Below, piece after piece: positions 57,402 through 64,000 of a stretch of DNA of 64,000 bases. Position numbers and translations under genes: made by a program. A model generated the notes under the pieces. That model was not told the DNA's origin. It saw only the letters and a list, made by a program, of their open reading frames with translations, and searched no databases. The first letter of the stretch is position 1. Each line of letters begins with the position of its first letter. The DNA comes from Giardia intestinalis (taxonomy: Eukaryota), in the NCBI GenBank assembly GCA_000002435.2, contig CM018789.1; one strand, given 5' to 3'.

Positions 57402-60400
57402 TTACAACCCGGATTCTGGCTCTATGTCGCCTGGTGCGGTGATAAACCCTTTAGAACTATTTATTAAAGAGATGACGCCCACATCGGACACCGTATTCGT
57501 CCTAGTAACACACGCATACGTGAAAGGTGCCATGGGAAGCTCATCAAAGTCTATTATGTTGGTATTGTTCCACTTCAAGAGAGGGTTCATATAGATCTCA
57601 TAGAATTGCTTTCCAGATGGATAGTCAAACACCTTTAGCACACCCGTATCGTGCTGCGAAACAAGGAATTTCTTAGACGTGTTTATAAAGGCAGCCTTTG
57701 TGTGATTATATGCACTGCGGATTGAAGAAAAATTGTAAACAGATGCCGCTGGATTAGCGTGGTCGCTGCGAACATCGTAGTGTAGCACTCGTCCATCAAG
57801 TGCAGCAGAAAGAATAACGTGTCCATCCAGGCCGAATGTGATGCTCTCGACAGGTAGCCCAGAAAACTTGTCCAATGTAAGAACAGGCTTGGAGCTGGAG
57901 GACAGTGTGCGCACATCATAAAGTAAGATCTGCCCTGACAGCGTACCCAGTCCTAGTAGAGAGGATGACAGAGAGTAGCTGCATTTGGTAAACTGTGGAG
58001 CCCGTGGGGCCAGCTCGTTTGCAGACACCGGTAGGAGGTTGGTTATGGGAATATCATTAACTAGTGTGCATAAATCGTAGTTGACCACGCGCAGAGCGTC
58101 TTGAGCGACGGAATAAACCTCGCTGAAGGATGATCTAAGGGCAAAGTCTAAAATGGTACGACCAACGTCGATGCTATGGCTTTTCAGTCGCTGCTTATGC
58201 GCAGCACTGTGTGAGTAGTCATAGAGCATGTGTCCAAAAAGCAGCTCACCATAGGAGGTGGCTGCAACAATAACGTTTGCAGAGGAACTCAGCCACGTGA
58301 GAGCCACAATGGAGTCTTGGCTGTGCCCCTCTGTCTTCCTGCGGCGCATGAAGGGAATGTCCACCACGTAGTCACGCCTAGACGAGTCCGTGATTGTAAC
58401 ATAGCGATGCATAGACTCAACAAGAGGCGCCGATCCATCAATAACAAACACATCTCCTTGATCAGTACCGATCGCAATATCAGAATTGTAAGGGGAAGCA
58501 CGGAGTACGCTTGGGCGACCGAACCTAGACATCAAGGAAAAGGTGGACTCCGTCGGCAATTCTGGTGGTGTTGTTGAAAGACGAAATGGGGAACCAAGAG
58601 AGGACACATTAAAAATACTGTAGCTTCTAGGCTCAATGATCCTAGAGATGTGGCGTGCACAGAGTTTCTTCGCTGTACGCGCAGGAAGGTCTAAAGGCAT
58701 AATGGTGGGTGTAAATCGCCAGCTATGGTACTGACCCTCCAGCTCTTGAAAGTATAAGGAGGGTCTGTTCCTCATTATCGGAAAAGTGCCTCGGGAATCG
58801 ATGGATGATGCACTCTTCGCAGCTCGGTCTGTTTTCTTCTTCTTCGAGATGGACGCCTTATCTTCTAGCCTTTCCAGTATGAGATAGTGAGGAAAAGAGT
58901 AACGACTCTGTATCTCCTTCACGTATTCGCGCTGCTTTGTAGGTGCAATGGAGACGCCATCAATCGTCTTGAGGGAGGGGAGCAAAGCAGAAAGAAGGGG
59001 AAGGTAATCGGGTCGTGTACCAATTGACATAAGGCGCCTAACAACAATGGTCGGAAGATCGTATCTGATGGAGTCCAGTAGACCGCTCATTATTGAGAGT
59101 TTTGTAGCGCTGTCCTCTCCCTTGAATTGGCGTATGATACTCTTGAGAACGTAACTAAAGAACGACTTAGATTGACGAAGCTCTCCGGTGCCCTGGATAT
59201 CAGATCCCTGGCCCTTTTGTTCTTGTTCGGATTGCTCTAAAGAAGGGGAGGCCTGGACTTCACTTTTTTGTGCCAGAGAAGATTTCTTATCCTCTGGAAA
59301 AGACAAGCAATCCACCTGAGGACTGTCTTGATTATGTAAAAGGGCTTTAGCAGATATAAGATGGTTTAAGTCCATATCGTTTGTATTGCCTGCAGGGGAC
59401 TCGCCTGCAGTATTGTATGATAACTCGAATGCTGGTGCAAGCGACGAAGAACCTTCGAAATCTGCACTCTGTATCGTGAGATGGCCCCGATCACTAATCA
59501 GGACATCTGATGTGTGGGCATCTCCAGACGCAGTGTATGCAAATCGATGAAAACCGGTGCCCGGAGAAACTCTCTTTTCACTGTAATAGTTGATGCTCGA
59601 TGAATGGTCAGCCATATGCTCATAGCTGCAACCGGACAAGGATGCAGATTGCTGTCTCTCAGTGCTTTTATATTGCCTTAGCTGAGCTTCCTCAAGGCCC
59701 TGCTCAGCTCTTATGCGTGTAGGATTGGTAGTTCTTGCAGGAAACGTGGTAGTGTCTGTATGGTGTAGATGTTCAAGAAGCATTCGTTCAGAAAGAAAGA
59801 TACCTCCTTGACGCAGGATGTTCAACAGGTCTATTTCGTGAGTCGAGTCTGTAAGGTCTTTCACTTTAGTAAATGATATGAGCAAGCGTGAGGTTTCAGT
59901 GATTTCCTCGAAGGGCACTTGAAGTATAGCACAACGTATACAAACGTGGCTAGTGCTCTTGAGAAGTACTTCATAGACGTCACCAGCCTTCTGCCGCTCA
60001 CTCTCAATGGAGGTTGAAGAAACGGGTGCTTCAACGGGATGTTTAGTATCTATAGGCTGTGAATAATGCTGTGGCTTTGTGGATAACGCGTGCACTTGCA
60101 CAGAAGATGAACGCAAAGTATCTTTAGGTTCTGCCTCTCCACGCTGTCGAACAGCTGAGGAGAACCCAAGCCAGGATAGGAAGTTACTGTCTGAAACATG
60201 CTTTCTCACACTAATCTCTTGATAAAGCATAGATGTAAACCTCTCGTAGACGGTAGCTGCTGGTCGCTGGGAAACGGGGCACGGGAGCTTGAGCCAGAGG
60301 TGGCGCAGATTTGGAATTTTTCCAAGAGTGTCTAGGAGCACAAAGATATTAGTAGGGTGGAATGCAGAAAGGTCGAGGACATCAAACTCATATTTCTCCG

Positions 60401-60518
60401 GGGTGCACAATCCTGATCTGAAGTGATCTGTGATAGGATCGGAGAGTGTGTCACCCACAGACGGAACATCAGCGCGACAGATGGGACACTTTTCCATGAC
60501 ACTGCCCGCATTTTCCAT
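57402..60518 (-). CDS. Hypothetical protein with a C-terminal WD40-like beta-propeller region
   Basis: The track start at 60569 is GTG. The first ATG is at 60518 (MENAGSVMEKCPICR...). C-terminal segments GHVILSAALDGRVLHYDVRS, LGTLSGQILLYDVRTLS and HDTGVLKVFDYPSGKQ look like WD repeats. Confidence 0.55.
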   Translation of the reverse strand: MENAGSVMEKCPICRADVPSVGDTLSDPITDHFRSGLCTPEKYEFDVLDLSAFHPTNIFVLLDTLGKIPNLRHLWLKLPCPVSQRPAATVYERFTSMLYQEISVRKHVSDSNFLSWLGFSSAVRQRGEAEPKDTLRSSSVQVHALSTKPQHYSQPIDTKHPVEAPVSSTSIESERQKAGDVYEVLLKSTSHVCIRCAILQVPFEEITETSRLLISFTKVKDLTDSTHEIDLLNILRQGGIFLSERMLLEHLHHTDTTTFPARTTNPTRIRAEQGLEEAQLRQYKSTERQQSASLSGCSYEHMADHSSSINYYSEKRVSPGTGFHRFAYTASGDAHTSDVLISDRGHLTIQSADFEGSSSLAPAFELSYNTAGESPAGNTNDMDLNHLISAKALLHNQDSPQVDCLSFPEDKKSSLAQKSEVQASPSLEQSEQEQKGQGSDIQGTGELRQSKSFFSYVLKSIIRQFKGEDSATKLSIMSGLLDSIRYDLPTIVVRRLMSIGTRPDYLPLLSALLPSLKTIDGVSIAPTKQREYVKEIQSRYSFPHYLILERLEDKASISKKKKTDRAAKSASSIDSRGTFPIMRNRPSLYFQELEGQYHSWRFTPTIMPLDLPARTAKKLCARHISRIIEPRSYSIFNVSSLGSPFRLSTTPPELPTESTFSLMSRFGRPSVLRASPYNSDIAIGTDQGDVFVIDGSAPLVESMHRYVTITDSSRRDYVVDIPFMRRRKTEGHSQDSIVALTWLSSSANVIVAATSYGELLFGHMLYDYSHSAAHKQRLKSHSIDVGRTILDFALRSSFSEVYSVAQDALRVVNYDLCTLVNDIPITNLLPVSANELAPRAPQFTKCSYSLSSSLLGLGTLSGQILLYDVRTLSSSSKPVLTLDKFSGLPVESITFGLDGHVILSAALDGRVLHYDVRSDHANPAASVYNFSSIRSAYNHTKAAFINTSKKFLVSQHDTGVLKVFDYPSGKQFYEIYMNPLLKWNNTNIIDFDELPMAPFTYACVTRTNTVSDVGVISLINSSKGFITAPGDIEPESGL

Positions 60519-60996
60519 TGTATGCCGCGCTGAATAGCTAACGGCGTTTTTTAAACAGTCTTTCCACACTCACGCAGCAGATGCCAGTTCGCAACAAGTG
60601 GCCTATTAGTTAAACAATCTTGTTAGCAAAGAATGCTTTTCAGGCACTAAAACATGACACCAGACAAGCATTTACTTGTTGATAAAGAAAAGAACGACGG
60701 TGTGGAGCAATTTAAACTGACGGTTTATTGGTAGCAACTGGTAAAATGTCAGAGGTTGTACTAAGCCTCCTAAAGCCTATGGAAAAACTCTTGTCCAACC
60801 AATCATTCATCTATTCTGACTCTCATGAAAGAGTTATAGAACAAGACTAATACTATACCAACAATACTATGCCAGGTGCTCGTAGCTTTATAGTGAGGTG
60901 CCCAAGACGAAACCTGCACCAAAGTGCTTAGGTCTGGAGGCTGTCACCCGGGATAGCAAATTTTAAATTGTTCTCCGACGCCACTTACGTTCAGGC

Positions 60997-63300
60997 ATGC
61001 TTCCAACGCCGCCGAGTGCTGCGCTATCGTTCTTCAGAAACCCAGTGGTGCTAAGCCATGCAGTCATATCTGGTATTTCACGTGAGACAGGCATAGAATC
61101 ATACGGCATCTGTTTGCCCGCCAAACAAGTGCCTAAGCAGCTCGCCACTCAATTGACGGTTCTCGTAAGCACTAGCTACTTGCATGTTTCTGCATTCTAT
61201 CAGTTAAAGAGCTCTGCTGGTGATATCCGCTATTACTTGCTGGTCATTCCTCGAGATGACGCAGCCGACGTCCGCCCATATATGTCATTGTATGGCATAC
61301 TGCGTGATAAGATGCAACTAGACTGTGGTTTATTTGAACCCTTAGCGCTTCAGCTGCTAGATTTACTGGACACATTTAGTCGCTTGAGGTATACCCACGG
61401 GGCAATTTGTCCAAGTAATATTTACCTTAGTCCCGCCCAACTGTCCGTACGGCTGGGGCCCCCAATGCCCTTTGCTGCCTATCTGATTGATGTAGAAAGA
61501 ACTACTATGATTGACTCTTCTGTCCACAGTTATGATGTCTGCATACCACCAGAGTGCTTTCTTATCTATAAAAGCACAATAAACTGTCTGCAGCCAAGCA
61601 CTGATGCTTGGATGGTTGGCGCCTCACTGCTTTACGTTGTTCTTGGCACAAAGTTCATAGAGTCCCATTTCACCAGTTCATACAGTGACTATCGGGTTGA
61701 GCTAATAACACTTCTTTTCCATGCTCTCGGTCCTCCTCGTCAACTTGGTTCTCTGCCACTGCAAAAAGAGGCAGAAGAAAAGCTCATCTCGTCATTTGAA
61801 GGGATCGTTCCATACTTAGATTGTTCCAATCAAATAAGTTTTCCTGGGGCGCTTAGATTGAATGGCTTTAGAAGATCTGTTATAAAAAGAATCGTTACGG
61901 GTCTTATGACCTATGACTTTAATAGTCGGCTTAGACCAGGTCTTGCTCTAGAAATAATGAAGAAGGAGATAGATCGATTGGAGCCCACGAGCTGCACGCC
62001 TAACTTCCATTCTAGTTCTGACCACGCAGCACAGCTTTTGCATACAGAAAGACAAGATTTACACACATGCCAAAAACGCAGGAGGAGCCGTTCAATGTCT
62101 CCACACAAACGTAGGAGCACATCTAGTCGAGGCCCTTCACTAGCTGTAGACGCACCGTCTTCCCATCTGTGTGTGGAGACCCTTGCCAGACAACCCGTCA
62201 ATCATCGTTCGAAGTCTTCTAGCACCGACATGGACGAACTAGTGAAGCAGGTACGGAGTTCTATAGATTATGGTGCAATAGCTGCAAGCACAATTAGTAC
62301 TCGGGCGCTCAAACGAGCCATGGTGTCCTCCCCGATTGAGTCAGCGAGGGACATCCAGGCCACGCTCCAAAAGGAATACGAGACCCGGCCATCTGTAGAA
62401 GATCTGATTATTCCAAGCAAGGCGTCACTAAGCAGAGGCACAGCATCGATAAAGCCTCTTACCGTCGAGAAAGACAAGCCCAGCAGAAGGTCTGAGAGCG
62501 TGCATTATAAAAGATATTCAAAAGTACTGCGAGAACAAGTCTCTAGAGAGCTTGCATGCACAGAAAGAAGACTTAATAGCGATCGTAAGCCGCTTTCACA
62601 ATCTCTTCAGTTGTCTGCAGACAACCCTAATGCTTCGCGTGATTCTGTCAATGAATTTAGTGTTGCTGCACCCGAATACGACCGAGGCGATGGGCTTTTT
62701 GTTGACAGCATGGATGCGCCTCTACTGGAGATTACCAAGGAGCTTCCCCTTCTATCAAAGGGCTCTGATGTCAAGGCATACACACAGATGTCGCTTCCGG
62801 TGACACTAGCTTCAAAGATTCGCGAGCCAGTGTGCTCAGATAACAGGTATGAGCCTCCAATCTCTGATGACTCTATAAGGTGCCAGAGTACGGGGAAGAA
62901 AGTTGCGAGAGACATATGCACCATCGTAATACACCGTCTGTCTACTCCGTACAAGGCACAGCTGAATGTTGACTTTGCAGTGGAGCTCAAGCCGGCAGGC
63001 CATTCGTCAAGATCCTCATTTATTGGTAGCATGAGCAATGTAAAGATAGCAGAGCCCCCAGACTTCGGAATTTCTGTCCCCACAAACGTGGAAATAAAAG
63101 TCGTGAATTTTGATTCTGCATCAAGAGACTACTCCGGGGTACTTAGTGGTAGATTGGTTGTGTCCATTAATGCACCCCTAAATACCTGTAAAGTCATTTC
63201 CTTTAATCTCCGTATAGACATACGAGAAATGCCAAAGCCTCAAGAGTGGATGCTGAGCACAAATGGTCTGGCATCTGCTCTGCTGGAAGTTTTATACTAA
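60997..63300 (+). CDS. Degenerate protein-kinase-like protein (probable pseudokinase) with a long C-terminal extension
   Basis: Kinase subdomain remnants: catalytic loop reads HGAICPSNIYL instead of HRDLKPxN; CIPPECFL (APE region); DAWMVGASLLYVVLG (subdomain IX). No catalytic Asp and no DFG. Confidence 0.5.
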   Translation: MLPTPPSAALSFFRNPVVLSHAVISGISRETGIESYGICLPAKQVPKQLATQLTVLVSTSYLHVSAFYQLKSSAGDIRYYLLVIPRDDAADVRPYMSLYGILRDKMQLDCGLFEPLALQLLDLLDTFSRLRYTHGAICPSNIYLSPAQLSVRLGPPMPFAAYLIDVERTTMIDSSVHSYDVCIPPECFLIYKSTINCLQPSTDAWMVGASLLYVVLGTKFIESHFTSSYSDYRVELITLLFHALGPPRQLGSLPLQKEAEEKLISSFEGIVPYLDCSNQISFPGALRLNGFRRSVIKRIVTGLMTYDFNSRLRPGLALEIMKKEIDRLEPTSCTPNFHSSSDHAAQLLHTERQDLHTCQKRRRSRSMSPHKRRSTSSRGPSLAVDAPSSHLCVETLARQPVNHRSKSSSTDMDELVKQVRSSIDYGAIAASTISTRALKRAMVSSPIESARDIQATLQKEYETRPSVEDLIIPSKASLSRGTASIKPLTVEKDKPSRRSESVHYKRYSKVLREQVSRELACTERRLNSDRKPLSQSLQLSADNPNASRDSVNEFSVAAPEYDRGDGLFVDSMDAPLLEITKELPLLSKGSDVKAYTQMSLPVTLASKIREPVCSDNRYEPPISDDSIRCQSTGKKVARDICTIVIHRLSTPYKAQLNVDFAVELKPAGHSSRSSFIGSMSNVKIAEPPDFGISVPTNVEIKVVNFDSASRDYSGVLSGRLVVSINAPLNTCKVISFNLRIDIREMPKPQEWMLSTNGLASALLEVLY

Positions 63301-64000
63301 GCAACGGGTGAGAAGTTCTGCTTTATGGTCTTGAAGATTGTTACCAGTGTGTCATATGGAATTATTTCATCCTGGTATAGTGAAAGGGTTGTGTAGAGCC
63401 GTACGAGGTGTTGCATCTGCTTTTTAGGATGTGATGAGCTGTCCTCCTCTGGAAAAAGGGTCTTCCACTCTGGGGAGTGTCCCTCGCTACTGATTGTCAA
63501 CCGAAGTTTCTGGCATTCCCTTTCCTGCACAGCTAACGCCTCTAGGACATCCACTTGCCTGGAGGCATCCTTATGTATCTCCGCACCATCTAGCTTACTC
63601 TTGTATACATCTGTTAGGTCTACCAATTGCTTAAGCGTCACGCTCCGCATGTGCTTCTTGCAAGAAGATGCAATAGTCTGGGCAACAAAACGCGGGCCCT
63701 GCATACTAACAAAAATAGCGGAAGAATCTCCCCCACACTCTTGTGAATACGTGTGAAGGGCCAAGAAAAACCTAATCAACACAAGATCTAACATATCATT
63801 TCCGCACGATAGGGATATGCCCGTGTACTTTTGTATGACCCTTGAAATAAGGCGCAGCAGCACAGGGTCTTTTGCACTATCATGTGTTCGACTAAAGTAC
63901 TCACACCACTCACGAACAACCGCTGGCCCGTAGCAGATCTTTTGGTGCTGCAAGTCCGGAGAGTCAGAGAGAATAGCGTTCTGGGTCAGACTATTTGATG
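63297..64000 (-). CDS. Partial CDS (C-terminal part; N-terminus beyond window end). Hypothetical protein.
   Basis: The track start at 63953 is TTG. The minus-strand frame stays open up to the window edge. The first ATG inside the window is far downstream, so the gene most likely starts beyond 64000. Confidence 0.45.
   Translation of the reverse strand, partial: SNSLTQNAILSDSPDLQHQKICYGPAVVREWCEYFSRTHDSAKDPVLLRLISRVIQKYTGISLSCGNDMLDLVLIRFFLALHTYSQECGGDSSAIFVSMQGPRFVAQTIASSCKKHMRSVTLKQLVDLTDVYKSKLDGAEIHKDASRQVDVLEALAVQERECQKLRLTISSEGHSPEWKTLFPEEDSSSHPKKQMQHLVRLYTTLSLYQDEIIPYDTLVTIFKTIKQNFSPVA

Overview
This is a compact, essentially intron-free protist-type eukaryotic locus, with 10-480 bp spacers and short AT-rich tracts immediately 5' of start ATGs. 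The gene content fits a Giardia-like diplomonad: NEK-type degenerate kinases, GWTALMHAA-type ankyrin repeats, a dynein heavy chain gene beginning inside AAA1, a Genie-like retroelement. This is inference from the sequence alone. About 35 protein-coding genes are present. Confident calls are the C-terminal motor half of a dynein heavy chain, a kinesin, dynein light chain LC8, a long-chain acyl-CoA synthetase, a MYST histone acetyltransferase, a PUF/Pumilio protein and an eIF4E-family cap-binding protein. Less certain calls are a RING finger protein, an exosome RNase-PH-like subunit, two degenerate (pseudo)kinases and many large coiled-coil or hypothetical proteins. The outstanding structure is a 6.1-kb GC-rich composite at 14673..20816. 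It is a near-perfect 1,666-bp inverted repeat, each arm carrying an intact outward-facing 147-aa ankyrin-repeat gene. The arms flank a 2.8-kb core holding a frameshifted non-LTR retrotransposon remnant with reverse transcriptase motifs 1, 2, A, B, C and a PD-(D/E)xK REL-endonuclease. The supplied ORF track uses TTG/GTG as starts for several ORFs. I moved those starts to the first in-frame ATG.
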